Source of the DNA: Squalus acanthias | Taxonomy: Eukaryota | Length of the DNA: 64,000 nucleotides | Reading direction: 5' to 3' | Assembly: GCA_030390025.1 (NCBI GenBank) | Contig: CM059432.1 | Span: 94,552,001 to 94,616,000 of the forward strand | Shown: positions 35,977 to 49,815 of the stretch, piece after piece | Numbering within the stretch: position 1 is the stretch's first letter | Layout of the letters: every line of letters starts with the position of its first letter | Program-made: the position numbers and the translations under genes | Notes under the pieces: model-generated | Seen by the model: the letters and a program-made list of their open reading frames with translations, nothing else | What the model was told of the DNA's origin: nothing | Database searches by the model: none

Positions 35977-36701
35977 TTGGCACGCCAGGCCACCCTCCGA
36001 ATGGGTGTAGAGCGCTTGAGGGGAGGTGGTAGAAAGACTGAACACTTCTCAACAGCCGGAGCACCCCAAAAAAAGGCACCTCAAAAGGAGAGAATCCTTC
36101 TGAGGAGGCATCGTCACGCGCTCCATCACTCCCAAGCACCAGAACAGAGATTGACACCCTGGCTGGGTTAAAGAGTGAGGTAGAGGGATCTACATGTGGT
36201 GAAACCCCCAGCACTAGTGAGCAGCAGCAAGTACTGGTAGCAAGGACAGCCCAGGAGACAGCTTGCTGGAGTCCTCTCCCAGCTATGATGAGGAGGACAG
36301 AGATGCGGACATCAGGGGCACAGCACAGCAAAACTACTTGATTCACACAAGCCGTTGTATCAGATATTACCATAGCCTGGAAAACGGGCGCAATGAGGTC
36401 TAATTTCACCCCCTATTGATCTATGAGGGTTTTTTTGTTCTATTTTAACTGTAATCATTCATAGTGTAGAACATCTCTCTTCTCAATGAATGATAGCTAT
36501 CTTCTACACAATTGCTGTCATTGCACTCATTTTTGCTAGATAACTAAGCTTGTACATATTCTAGGAATTAACTAAATTAAATAAACAATGACAAAGTACA
36601 GACAGTTTGAATGACTGGTATGCTTACACAGTTCTTATAGCCCAGAATTAACCTGATTCCAGGGAGCTGCACTGATCTATGAAGCATACTGACTCACCCA
36701 C

Positions 36702-36778
36702 CTTGAGGAGGAGTAAGTGGTTTGCCTTGTTCCTGACACCAGCCCACTGGGTGGATGTATGGGCTACTCGCATCACAC
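36702..36778 (-). CDS. L3MBTL4: L3MBTL-family coding exon: (W)CDASSPYIHPVGWCQEQGKPLTPPQ(G)
   Basis: tag acceptor, gtgggt donor; 77 bp; phases 2/1 fit both neighbours; MBT motif IHPVGWC. Confidence 0.92.
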
Positions 36779-38519
36779 CTATCAAACAGGTAATTGTCAC
36801 ATTAATAAATGAAAACATTAAACGATATGTTAAATACAGCTAGTCTACATAAATGGCATAGAGGACCAGAATTTGGGATGTAGGTCAGATCTGCCAGAGT
36901 TATATCTATTCTAAAATAAACATTAAATTTTGGTAGCACTGGATTGTGGTAGATGATGTGCCCACTCCCAAAGGTGATGCTTGTATGCAAATCACAGGTT
37001 AATGAGGGCCAAAGCTGCTGTCATTTATGCCAGGATTGCACCTGACTTAAGTTAAGCTTGTAGAAAAGAGCAGTAAGTTACCTGCATGACATATGAAACC
37101 GGGAAATGGGTGAGCTCACAGGCTTTGAATGATCACAAACATTGGCTGAAACATCAGCCCCGATTTTAACCTAGGGGAAGTTCAGGGCGAGCGGGATGCA
37201 GGGTGGATAGGAGTCCTCAATGGGCTTTTTGGCTCAAGACCTGGGTCATTTTATGTCCCAGACCAGATTTAAATGTATCTGCATTGTCTCCCACCTGAAG
37301 CTAGCAGGAATCATGTTACAGCAGACGGGCGGGAGGCTGCCGCGGACGCAAGCCTTGTATGGGTGCAAGGGAACGGTCTCCAGAATAAGGTTAGTGGTGG
37401 GGGGGCGACAGGAACACAGTGGCTTCCACCCAACAGCCATTTTCACCCCCCGTCCGCATCGTTCCCGCCGGACGAGCTGTATTAAAGCTGGGACTATCAA
37501 CTTTGACTGATAACAAAAATCTTTTCTTGGCTGTGCTGTTAAGAAAAGATCCTACAAGCTGCATTACAACAGTTTCTGGTAAAGAAATCACTTTTCTTCT
37601 CATCTTTATTAGCATGCCTACCCCTGGTATCTCTGTGTGCTGTTCTTGGTGATGTGCTGATGTAATACCTGAAGGCCAGGTGCTTGGTTGGGCCCCTTGG
37701 GACAAATGTGGCCCTTGTCTCAGGGCTTCTGAATCCCAGGAGGACTCTTTGGCAGGTTGCATCGCCACTGTAGGTATGTGGGCAGCCAGGTTCTGTACCC
37801 TGCCATCAAAATGAGCAAGCATCTGAGGGGGCTGGCTAGAAAGATCAAAGGAGCTGTAACCAGGAGAGAGGACAGCATCATGAGGGCGGACTCCAGCCAC
37901 ACCATTTGTGATGGGCCATGGATCTGAGTGCCCACTGATCAGCAGGAGGGCTGATATGATTGTAACAGTTAGTTCCTGCAGACCCTGAGAAATATCTCTC
38001 CGAAGCTCTGGGGAAGCCTCTCTTCATTATTCTCTCCAAACAGTTCCACAGGATCTGAAGGCCAGTAGTCAAAGCATGAACTGACTGATCTGGAGGCCTC
38101 TCTGTCAAGGGGATTGGATGCAGATATTCCTGGTGCCACCATTGGTTTTAGGTAGTTTTGCATTGTTTAGAAACCTTCTCCGATATTGGCACTGATGATG
38201 GCATTGGATTGTTCCATGACCCTGCCATCTATCTCAGGTCCTCCAAAATCGTCCTCAGTGCCCTTAAGGGAGTGTGATGCTCATCCGCATCCATCTTTTT
38301 AGAGCAGGACCCAGAGAACAGAGTCTGCAGACCTGGGAGTCAGGGGCTGACTTCAGCAAATCATCCACTCCCTACTGTTGGATTCCACTTTCACCTCTGA
38401 CTCCTTTGGCACAATGGGGCAATGAATTAAGGAGTTACACATATAAAGATACTGCAAGGAATGGCCAAGGGAAGCTGGGGCTGCTCAGGTGATGTCAGTA
38501 ACCTTCTTGTACTGCAAAA

Positions 38520-39005
38520 GATACCTGGGATTCAACTAGATTGATTCTTAGGATGAGAGGATTGTCCTATGAGGAGAGATTGAGTAGATTGGGCCTATAA
38601 TCTCTGGAGTTTAGAAGAATGAGAGGTGATCACATTGAAACATATAAGATTTTGAGGGGGATTGACAGGGTAGATGCTGAGAGGTTGTTTCCCTTGGCTG
38701 GAGTGTCTAAAACTAGGGGGCATAGTCTCAGGATAAGGGGTCAGCCATTTAAGACTCAGATGAGGAGGAATTTCTTCACTCAGAGGGCTGTAAATCTTTG
38801 GAATTCTCTGCCCCAAAGGGCTGTGGATCGTTGAGTATATTCAAGGCTGGGATAGATAGATTTTTGGACTCTAGGGGAATCAAGGGATATGGGGATCGGG
38901 TGGGAAAATGGAGTTGAGGTCGATGATCAGCCATGATCTTACTGAATGGAGGAGCAGGCTCGAAGGGCCGTATGGCCTACTCCTGCTCCTAATTCTTATG
39001 ATCTT
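38520..39005 (+). mobile_element. CR1 3' fragment
   Basis: RGDHIETYKILRG...FFTQRAVNLWNSLP; 3' UTR and tail. Confidence 0.85.
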
Positions 39006-39632
39006 ATAAGGTGGCACCTCCCTCCACAAAATGCATACTACATTCTTGGTGATCTCTCACTCCTGACCCCAAACAAACCGTTCCTCCTGCTCTTTATGTC
39101 CATTACAAAGACGTGCAGTTCTGGCTTTGTGTATTCTGGCACTCATTTCTTTGATTTGACTGCCATCCTGGTCACCCTCTGTAAGCAGCAGCAGGTTTTA
39201 TATCCTACTGCTGCATCAGGTCTCTCCCTCTCCTCCAAGTAGTTACCTACCCGCCAACTAACCCTCCCAAAACCTCCTCCCCATCTCACTCCCTCCTTCC
39301 CCTACTCCCCCCTCAACGTAATTACTGCCCCCCCACTCTCTTCATAGTCCATTTGGGGCCTAACCGGCACTATTTTCTGTGCCCCCCCTCCTCCCCCCGT
39401 GTAGCTGAAGCATTGCAAGCTGTATTTACATACCCTGCATGCCCCTCTCCATTTAAATTGACTGACCCTGTAACTTATAGTGGGGTCAGCGCTGACACCT
39501 GTAAGCAGGTGGAAGTCCCACCTCATCCGAGTTCCAAGACCTCTGTTACCACGTCAGTATTTCTAGACCAATGTATCAAAATTCCACACGGTAATACAGT
39601 ACTGAGAATGATTATAGAGAATAACTTCTCAC

Positions 39633-39784
39633 CAGTAATCGTATGTGTCATCCCAGTTATCAAAATGCACCAAAAAGCGATTGTCTATTATATCTGTCAC
39701 TGATGCAACACAGATTAGGGAGGGATTCTTTCTGTCAACCGCCTCCAGCTTCATACCTACTCGAAATCCTGAAGGAGTAACAGT
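39633..39784 (-). CDS. L3MBTL4: L3MBTL-family coding exon: TVTPSGFRVGMKLEAVDRKNPSLICVASVTDIIDNRFLVHFDNWDDTYDY(W)
   Basis: cag acceptor, gtgaga donor; 152 bp; core of MBT repeat 2. Confidence 0.95.
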
Positions 39785-41771
39785 CTGTGAGAGACAGATA
39801 TTGGTGTATGTTAAAAGCAATTGAAAATGGCAAAGTTTGATGTACTAAAGTAATTACATATCTTGCCAAAAGCAAGTCTGTGGATGTGAATACTTAGCCC
39901 TCTCAAGACCAATTAGGGATTGGCAATAAATGTTGGCCTTGCCAGCGACGCCCACATCCCATTGGCAATATTGGCATCATCTCACTTTCTGAAATCATTG
40001 CTGATCACATCAACAGTAGTTGCTCCACTACCACTGGCACAGTATTATGTGACACAAAACTAGAGAATTTACCCTACATTTTTAGATATTTTAGAAAACA
40101 TCTAAATCCCTTTCCCAAAATAAATCATGATGCCCCAAATTTCTTAGGGACTGCCAGTCTACTGGGAGTACTGTTAAAATTGGGGTGGGACGTGGGTTCA
40201 TTGGGTCTCCTCTCCATTAGTCCTGTGCTGGGGGTTTCCTAAGACAAAGGCAGTGGGTACTTTTTGCTACCATCCCCTTTCCAGGTGACGTCAAAAAAAG
40301 AGGCGGTTCTGGCAGAGCAACGTCACTCACCAGAATTCCCGCCAACCTCTCCTCTGTTGTCCCCAAATGTACTGTTCAGGTGACGCAAGACTACAGTACC
40401 CTTAGCCTTTAGAAGTAGGACCCACCAAAGTGAGAAAGGCCCTGGTTTCTTTATAGCGTCTAAGCACAAAGCAACTGGTTTCTCTAAGGAAACCAGCCTC
40501 ACAAGCAAAGGGGTCAATTGTGATACAGAATGTCGTCTTCTGTTGGACTTGCTAGCAATTATTCAGCAGCTGACTGGCCTCATTATTTACATCACCGCTG
40601 CCACCCCACCCCACTCCAATGCAGCTGTATCACTACGCATATGGGCACCCACCCTCATTAAGTAGCCCGATCATGGGAATTCTGACAGCCATGCAAGTCC
40701 CTCTCCGCCAATGTTATGGCAGCAGATCAGGATCATGGGTTTTAAGGCCCTAGGCCTCAAGTTTCAAATGCTTTTACCAGATTTGTTTTTAATGCATTTC
40801 TTTAACATGCAAACTGCGTACCACTATGCTTACATATATACACACAAAGGTGACTTAGAAGAGATTCTTTTGGGACTGCATTAAAGGCACCAAAAATCGA
40901 GAATATTTTCAGTATATTACCATCACTGTGCAGGAAGACAGATCTGTCATATTACAACTTCAAGACTGTAAGCTACTTTATTTCTGTTGGATTGCTGACA
41001 TTTACTGTGCTAGTATGCTCTCACATCCAAGTGCAGCAACCATTCAGAAATAATGAAAATCTAGATTTACTTTTTGTACAATGACTTTTAAAAAAATCAA
41101 CTGATAGTAATCCAATCCTTTATAATCTCACATGCATATATATATCTTGTAATTTGCTGCAAAATCCTGGTTGAATTACAACAAACTAAGTCAAAATGTG
41201 CTTTTTGTAAATATTGCTCTGTTCACAGTATCACATACTCAAGTTAATTTATATCATGCCAGCAAAAAAAAAAAACCAACTCTATTTCTGAGGTTCATTA
41301 AAAGTAATAATAAAGCTGGGTCATGAGAAAGTTATGCTCAAACTGTATAGTGCTCTAGCCAGATCATGACTTGAGTACCGTACCCAGTTCTGATCACCAA
41401 GGCACAAGGAAAGCAGTTCAAGGAGCCGTGAGACTGATTCCGGGTGTCATAGCACTGAGTTGTGAAGAAAAACTACAGAAACTTGGGCTTTCCCCCTCTT
41501 TAAAGGAGACAACTAAGAGGTAATCTTCTGGAAGTATATAAAATTTTAAACAGTACAGGAAAGGTAAATCTGGAATATGACTTCAAACTAAAGCATAAGA
41601 GTGGGAGATCAGTTGGAGGTGTTCAAAAAAGAATTTAACATGATACAGAACCAATTTATACCCCTAAGGGGCTAGAGCTCTACTTGCCAAAAAAGACGTA
41701 AGGGACAACATAAAACTAAAAGAAAAAGCATACAAAAATAGCATAGATCCCGGCAACGAGAGAGATACAAA

Positions 41772-44700
41772 GGGTTCGATTTTGCCAGGCCCGAGGAGGC
41801 GGGACTGGAGGCGTGTGAGTTGATAAAATCGCCAAAAATGGCAGGCGGGCCCGATCCCACCTCCGAGCAATTTTCCCAAAAGCGTGTTTCCTGACCCCCT
41901 TTCCATCCCGCCTCCAAGAGGCGGGATAGGCCCTTAAGGCCCTTAACAACCACTTAATAGCCTCCATAATCCCATTTTGAGAGGCCTTTCCGATTTTTAG
42001 TCATTCCCCCCATCCTTCACGCCTCCTCTGGAACACGCCAGGTAATGCTGGCGGCCTCACAAGTGGATTGCTTACGAACAGCTGCAGCTCCACCATTACA
42101 AAGGAGTTTTCACCAATGATCATTTACAGGTGGCAGAACTTTGTTGTTTCAGGTCTGGGGGAACTTTTAGCAGGCATACTCAGAGTTGTGGAAGTTTGGA
42201 GCCTGACACCCATCTCCAGTGTGACCTCCTGGGAAACCCCTCTCCCCATCTTGACTAAGCGCTTCCTCAACTGAGGCATATACCAGAAGCATGGCAACCA
42301 TTTAATTCCTTTCCTCCTGGACATCAGATTCGGATGAAGACCAGCCGCGGCAGCAGCAGAACCATGAGCAACAGCAGCACCAACAGCAGGAGCATCAACA
42401 GGAGCGCCAAGCTGCTAGTCACCCACCTGAAGATGCACAGGCCAGAAGTCACCAGAGCGCGACCATATTGCTGCCCGGGATGCAAGGGACGCACTCATGT
42501 TGGTCACATTTGCTTAGCCTGTACAATCAAACACTTTTGCCTCGCACCTTCTTACCAGAGCATCGACAATGGACAAGAACCTGCGGATTCCTATCACTCT
42601 GACCACCATACTGACAATTGCAAGTCGCTCTAAGCCCTCAATGTGGAAGTCCCATTTGCGAAATGACACAGGCCACAACTTCAACAGTTTGCCATCAGAA
42701 TTTTTTATCACAACAATCAACTGGTGGCATTTCAAAAATAAACACAACATAACACCCAAGTGACTACCCTTGTGACTACTTGTGCATTATCTTCCTCTTA
42801 CGCATGCTCCTACGTGGTGCTTCCCCTGTGGCTTCAGCAGATGTGGAGGCCCCTTGCTCACCTTTGGCAGCTGTCCTCTGGGGTTGCGAACCTGTGAGGG
42901 CTCGGCAACAGTCTGCTGCTCCTGCGGCTGTGCAGGGGATGAGACGCCCATCTCAGTTGGGTGAGGACTCTGGTGGAGCTCTGACCGAGGGCTTTGCAGT
43001 GGCATGGTCGATTGAGCGCTTGGAGAGGAGCCCCCACTTCCTTGTTGTCTGCCACCAACATCCCTCTCATGGGTCAGCCCCACTTCAGAGCTAGCAAGTG
43101 GCTTGACAGCACCTTGCTGCACTTCAAGGGGGCCATGAGGACCCGTTTCTGCACTGGAAGTCCTACTCCAGAGGACTTCCATGAAGGTCTGGTTTCTATG
43201 CTCAGTAGCTGACCATCGCTCCTCAAGAGATGCCAGTCTATTCTGAACAATGACTATGTTTTCTACACTCTGGCGACTTAGCTCCTCCATGGCCGTAGCC
43301 ATCCTCTCCTCGACTGTAGCCATCCTTTCCATGGAGGTTGCCATCCTTTCCGTGGTGATGCGTTCATGCGCCAATGCCTCCACAAAGGCTCTGCTCATGT
43401 TCGCGATGGACTCCTCCATTCGCTCGACACTCGCAGCGACCCTGGAGACAAAACCTGCCAGACTCCTGCACCTGTTCCTGGAGTTCCAGCACTGCTCTCC
43501 TTCCGGATGGACCCGGAGGCACAGGGTCGACATGCAGCTGAGCCGAGCTGGCAGAGTCCTGCGCCCTCCGACGAGGACTCTCCACTGCTGTCCCTGTCTC
43601 CACCATCTGCTGATGCTCACTTGTGAGCTGTGATACACCAGGTGCCAACACTACTCTATCTCGCGAAGGTCCCACCGAGGTGTGAGTGTCTGTGCTGGTG
43701 CTGGGTGCGATGAATTCTGCTGAGGCTGCGCCCTCAGAGGTTGCAGCTTCCTCTGAGGAGTCTGGAAGCTCAGGCTCTTCCTCCTGGACAGTGGGGACGG
43801 GGGCTTTCGATGGTCCTGTGGGGGAGTAAAGGAAAGAGTTAGAGATGTGAGGTCAAGGTTACATGAACATTGAATAGTGCAGATGATCATAAGTCAATCT
43901 GTTAGAGCATCAGATTCATTATCAGTGACTCATGCAATGTCAATGAGAGAGATGACAAACTATTCTGTCACCAGCTTGCTGCGATGCGCCCATCTGTCCG
44001 TCCCCCACTTGGGAATCCTCCTCGATCCCGGCGATTTCCAGGGCCGCCTCCTCCCAGGCGGTGAGCTGGGCTACTGAGGGTGGCCCTCCTCCTGTCATGG
44101 CTCTTTCCCTCTTATTGTGGGCTCTCTTTTCCTGCAATGAGGAACACAAGTGGAGTTTGAGTGAGAATGAAGGAATGAGTGTAGATAATCCATAGCATAG
44201 ATGCTTAGAAGGATACAAAGGACCATCCCTGTGTGTTGAAAGTTGTTGTTGTCATGGCATCACAGTGATAGGGAGTGTGAGGGCTGCATGGTCGAATAGT
44301 TAAGTGAATGTGACCTTCGAGAGGGAGGGAATGGGTAAGGGTGCAGGCATGTAAGTGTCAAGCGGCATGTGGAGGAAGAGGTTGGCAAAGCAGAGTGCTG
44401 GTGAGGAGAGGCGATGGGGATCAGATTGAGGGTGATGGGAAAGTCATACTCACTTTTCCTGTGCGGAGAAGATCATGAAACCTCTTCCTGCATTGCAGCC
44501 AGGTTCTGCGGCTCAGAGAAATGGAGTTGACCTCCTGGGCCACTTGCAGCCACACAGCTTTTGTCTGCTGGGGTGGCTTTTTTCTCCCTGAGGAAGGGAA
44601 CAGCACCTCCTTATTACATCTGGCTCCGTGCACCAGAGCTTGGAGGGAGGGCGCATCAAACCAAGGTGCACACTTTTGCTTGATCGTGGACATTGTCAGG

Positions 44701-44973
44701 AAATCAACTCCTTCATACAATTTGCAGAGCCTTTGCAGTCTCCAGAGGAAGCAAGGCTGCTTGCAGGTCTTAAATCCAGCAGCATTGATGACGTCATCGG
44801 AGGCGACTTTCTGTATGAAAAGACTCATTGGGCCAGATGTTCCCACACGCAGGAAATTAATTGCCCAATTAGGGGAAAATCCCACTTTTTCAGCACTTCA
44901 CTTAGGAGTCGGGGTCCTGACACGATTTCCACCTGACATGCCCCAGCCCGCCCACACTGACAAAATCCAGCCC
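41772..44973 (-). mobile_element. Harbinger element C (Myb gene retained, transposase absent or reduced to a remnant), inserted in a degraded CR1
   Basis: TIRs GGGTTCGATTTTG / CAAAATCCAGCCC; AAA TSD (41769-41771, 44974-44976). Confidence 0.82.
42787..44693 (-). pseudogene. Harbinger C Myb/SANT gene; exons 44693-44454, 44131-43972, 43815-42787, with a coiled-coil C-terminal region
   Basis: WFDAPSLQALV...WLQVAQEV...WLQCRKRFHDL; GT-AG junctions in phases 0/1; a frameshift in exon 3; ERMA heptad repeats. Confidence 0.82.
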
Positions 44974-44976
44974 AAA

Positions 44977-45515
44977 GAACAACAAAAGGTGACAAAACAG
45001 ACAGTAAGAGCTACAAAAAGGAGTATGAAAAGAAACTTGTAAGGGATATCAAAATCAGCACAAATTTTTTTACAATTATATTATGAAAAAGAAGGTGGTC
45101 AGGGGCAATGTGGACCCCTTGAAAACAATAATGGTGATCTTGTAAATTAAAATAAGGAAACGGCAGACATGTTGAATAATTACTCTGCGTCAGTATTTAC
45201 AGTAGAGGAAGAGGATAGCATGCCAGACATCCCAAGGAAACGAATATTAATCAGGGACGGGGAAATCACCAAAATTAACATAAGCAAAATAACAGTAATG
45301 AAGAAAATAATGGCATTAAAGACTGACAAATCCCCAAGACCAGATGGTTTCCATCCCAGGGTTTTAAAAGAAGTAGGTGAGAACACTGCAGATGCCCTAA
45401 CTATAATCTTCCAAAGTTCTATCGATTCAGGAACCATTCCTTTAGATTGGAAAATTGCATGTCACTCCACTATTTAAGAATACTGAGAGAGGGAAACCAG
45501 GGAATTCTAGACCAA
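44977..45515 (+). mobile_element. Degraded CR1 ORF2 fragment (continues left of element C)
   Basis: KSPRPDGFHPRVLKE...PLDWKIA. Confidence 0.75.
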
Positions 45516-45572
45516 TATCTTCCTTCAGTATGGTGGAAGGAACTACACAGGACAGATTAAGAACATAAGAAT

Positions 45573-46572
45573 TTTTTTTTAAATTCATTCCTGGGATGTG
45601 GGCGTCGCTGGCAAGGCCAGCATTTATTGCCCATCCCTAATTGCCCTTGAGAAGGTAGTGGTGAGCCACCTTCTTGAACCGCTACAGTCCATGTGGTGAA
45701 GGTACTCCCATAGTGCTGTTCGGGAGGGAGTTCCAGGATTTTGACCCAGTGACAATAGAGAAATGCCGATATATTTCCAAGTCAGGATGGTGTGTGACTT
45801 GGAGGGGAACTTGGAGGTGGTGGTGTTCCCATGCGCCTGCTGCCCTTGTCCTTCTAGGTGGAAGAGGTCGCGGGTTTGGGAGGTGCTGCTGAAGAAGCCT
45901 TGGCGAGTTGCTGCGGTGCATTTTGTAGATCGTATACACTGCAGCCATGGTACGCCGGTGGTGGAGGGAGTGAATGTTTAATGTGGTGGATGGGGCGCCA
46001 ATCAAGCGGGCTGCTTTGTCCTGGATGGTGTCGAGCTTCTTGAGTGTTGTTGGAGCTGCACTCATCCAGGCAAGTGGAGAGTATTCCATCACACTTGTGC
46101 CTTGTAGATGGTGGAAAGGCTTTGGGGAGTCAGGAGGTGAGACACTCGCCGCAGAATACCCAGCCTCTGACCTGCTCTTGTTGCCACAGTATTTATGTGG
46201 CTGGTCCAGTTAAGTTTGTGATCAATGGTGACCCCCAGGAAGTTGATGATGGGGGATTCGGCGATGGTTATGCTGTTGAATGTCAAGGGGCAGTGGTTAG
46301 ACTCTCGCTTGTTGGAGATAGTCATTGCCTGGCACTTGTGTGGCGTGAATGTTACTTGCCACCTATCAGTCCAAGAATGTTGTCCAGGTCTTGTTGCATG
46401 CGGGCATGGACTGCTTCATTATCTGAGGAGTTGCGAATGGAACTGAACACTGTGCAGTCATCAGCGAACATCCACACGTCTGACCTTATGATGGAGGGAA
46501 GGTCATTGATGCAGCAGCTGAAGATGGTTGGGCCTAGGACACTGCCCTGAGGAACTCCTGCAGCAATGTCCA
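45573..46572 (-). mobile_element. LINE-T 3' ~1 kb (RT C-terminus, 3' UTR, A-tail)
   Basis: GVPQGSVLGP, FADD, LGVTID, YKAQV; homologous to 4540-5530. Confidence 0.88.
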
Positions 46573-46780
46573 TGTAGGAGCAGGAGTAGGCCATACGGCC
46601 CCTCGAGCCTGCTACTCCAGTCATTAAGATCATGGCTGATCTTCAAACTCAACCCCACTTTCCCGCCCGATCTCCATATCCCTTGATTTCCCCTAGAGTC
46701 CAAAAATCTATCTATCTCAGCCTTGAATATACTCAACGATTCCGCATCCACAGCCCATTGGGTAGAAATTTCCAAAGATT
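46573..46780 (-). mobile_element. CR1 3' end fragment whose tail (at ~45558-45572) is split by the LINE-T copy
   Basis: FKAEIDRFLDSRG and CR1 3' UTR on the minus strand. Confidence 0.75.
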
Positions 46781-48350
46781 GTGACATGCCAACCACATTG
46801 ATGTTCGAGACATCCAAGTCCATTGCATTAAGTTCACTCATCACCAACTGCTTAGTCCAGGTCTCTTGCAGGGTACTGGCAAAAATGGCACACTCTCCAT
46901 AAGGCTAACTCTACCTTCATGGTGCTCAGTGACAGGTCAGTCTGGATAAAGCCTCCCTTCCTGCACCAACCATTCTATTTTAAAAGGATTTTCTGAATTT
47001 ATGATGGACAAGAAAATGAGAGAGAACAGTGCTGAATACTGGCTTCGTCAACCTCCACAGCTGGGCAACTATGATTAAAAATCCAGAGGCACATGAAACA
47101 ACAAATCTGACAAAGGCCATAGGGGAAGGTCACATTACAGCCCAAATTTTCCTACCTGTAGCAGAATGACAGCAGCTAAAAGGGTTAAATTATAAGGCTT
47201 GTCTTCCCTTGAGCCTTGAAAAACTAATCTTTATATTTGTAGAATGTCAAATTTCTCCATTCTGATAAAAATTAAAATTTTAAAAGTTTGTTCATGATAT
47301 TTCAGCTTCTACCTTATCCCCAAGTGAAAGTCCCAATCTTGAATTCACTCTCTGTAACATTTTTTGTAAAAGTGAGGGTGAAAGCTGCTTTTAATTCCTG
47401 GTTTGCTGTCTGAATGAATTCTTTAATGTGATTGACTGCTTTGACAGCTTGATGATGTCACTGCTGCGTTGCACTATGAATCCCCTATTCACAGCACTAC
47501 AATCAATTCCACGTCAAGAAACCTCAAGTTTTCGCCACAGAGATCGGCATCGCATCGCCGCTGACCACAAATTACAGGAAAAATGTCAGAGCAAGATTAG
47601 ACAGATGGAGTAGGATTTTTTGTGCTGGTTCTGCCACTTTAGCGGCAGTAGCAGGGGAGGGGTGTAAAATTGGGCAGGGATCTATTATACCGGATCCCTG
47701 CCCATTTTGGCCCAGATGTATCTTCTGGCATTATTTCTGTTGAAATATAGGCAGATGTATTTAAGTGAAGTGATAATGACGGAGTAACATACATCACAGT
47801 TTCCAAACTAGATGCTAAGAAAACTGGAAGAGAATGGGCACTGACATTTGCTGAGAGAGGCGCAATGCCTTCAACCATTTAATGGTGGTGGGGGCCACTG
47901 TTATATTCATCCACTGCAGCAGATTTGTTCATGCAAATGGTGAGAATCTTTTCTTTTCAGTAAGGCTGCCTCCTACTTTAAGCTGCCACAGGCATTCGAC
48001 TGCTGTTGCAGCAGCCAGTAGCAACAGCGAGCTCCCCAGCGCAGGCATGTATGCCACCAGATGCCCACCAAAAAAATTTAAAACAAAGTTGACCCCAGAA
48101 ACGTTTTCAGGGTCAGTGCTGGGTCATTTGGGCAGCAGCTGACAAACAGCAATCTCTGAGTCCTGGAAGGCCTGAGAAGGATGTTCTCTCTGCTTGGAAC
48201 TCCTATGCACTAGTCTAGCTTTGTATTCACAGGTAGACCTTCTGAAACTGAAGGCTCAATTTATTTAAATGCTTATCTCTAAAATCAATATTACAAAATG
48301 AAGAATAAACTACTTAAATAATTGGTGTGGTATCATAAAAAAATACTTAC

Positions 48351-48442
48351 TGTATTCTGAATTTTAAATAGAGTCTTTGGGGCTGTTTGGGCCTTACAGG
48401 CCTTCAGGTAGTTTGCCCAGTTAAACTCCTCTTCTTTACAGC
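48351..48442 (-). CDS. L3MBTL4: L3MBTL-family coding exon: (G)CKEEEFNWANYLKACKAQTAPKTLFKIQNT
   Basis: tttcag acceptor, gtaagt donor; 92 bp; phases 1/0. Confidence 0.94.
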
Positions 48443-48878
48443 CTGAAAAGGAAGTCAGAATCCTGTCAATAATAGGAAAGTTGATAGGGCAATTGAATTA
48501 CTAGTTTCATACATCATTAGAATTTATTTCATAACATCACAAATCAAAATACTGTACAGTTTAATTTTCTCTATAAATGTCACAAATGTAAATAGGATAA
48601 TACCATTGTTTCATGGCAGCCAGTTTAGGATCTGTAATTGCCTGACCAAACTAATCTTTATTCTTGCATGGCATAGCACATTAGGCTGAATTTGACTTTC
48701 CAGATTAATTCAGAATTACATGAGTACTTCTCACACTTTAGCACTTGCAGAGGCAGTTGTCAGTAAGATCAATGTAGTACGGTTTTCAAATGTGATGTAT
48801 ATATTATATATTCTGCATTGTCTTTTTGACTTTCTAATAACAAATATTTATATTTCTCTTTCATTGAGACGTTCAGAC

Positions 48879-49014
48879 CTTTGGGAGGATGCAATTTATG
48901 GCTGGTCTTCTCGCACCATCCCACAGGATGGATATCAGATGAGTCAATGTTAATCCAGAAATCAAAACACTCAGAATATCCGTCAAAGTGGAGCCTCAGG
49001 CGAACGCCACACAC
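48879..49014 (-). CDS. L3MBTL4: L3MBTL-family coding exon: VCGVRLRLHFDGYSECFDFWINIDSSDIHPVGWCEKTSHKLHPPK(G)
   Basis: cag acceptor, gtctga donor; 136 bp; phases 0/1; MBT repeat 1 core. Confidence 0.94.
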
Positions 49015-49815
49015 CTGATGGGAGGAAACAGTCAAGCTAAAGTTGTTTATATTAATAATGCAACAACATTAGGAGTTAGGGTTGGGAGTCACTGATGTTT
49101 ATCACGTTTTATATTATGTATTATTAAATATTTCAGCAGAAGAAACCATTTTGTGGTCTATGACCGTGGACTGGAGGCTGTTAGGAGCTCACAGTGGGTA
49201 CAGATTAATAAGGTGCTATTTTAAATATTATATCTAATTTGGGTAAGAATAACTGGGCCAGATTTTCTACTTTTGCACCTGGGAGTTAAATAATAGCCTT
49301 AGCAGAGTGCATGGAAGAAATTTGGGTGGGGAGGAACTCACGTCGGAAAATCAGGAGGGCTCCGTTACAGGCATGCATTCCTGCCCACCTGATTTTCCTC
49401 CATGCGCTCTGCCCAGCTGATTATTTAATGCCTTGTATAAAAGAGGAAATTAGTAACATACTAATGCTTTGGGCAGGAGAAGGCCATTTATCCATCTGGC
49501 CTATCATTCGGAAAATCTCACTAGTTTCTTTACTGTGACCCTGAAACTTATGGAGCTGTATCACATGGAGCAGCTGGTCTTTTTCTGTCTTTTGCTTTGG
49601 TATGTACATGGCAAGCCTAGACCACTCAATCGCACGGGCATGATTTGGTCTCTGGCAATTATGTTACGCAGATGGTGTGAAGATGTCAGCAACAAGCTTA
49701 GGCACAAACTTGGCCCCGGTAATAAATATCCATGTTAAAAAATCAAAACACAAGGCAATTGCTGCATAGTTCTAACATATTCAACAACAAATTATTCATG
49801 CACATAAAATCTTAC

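Noticed and set aside
37150..38520. Possible further degraded Harbinger/Myb remnant (similar hints at 35980-36413 and 63500-64000)
   Set aside because: There are TIR-like ends and compositional similarity only; boundaries and frames could not be established by eye.
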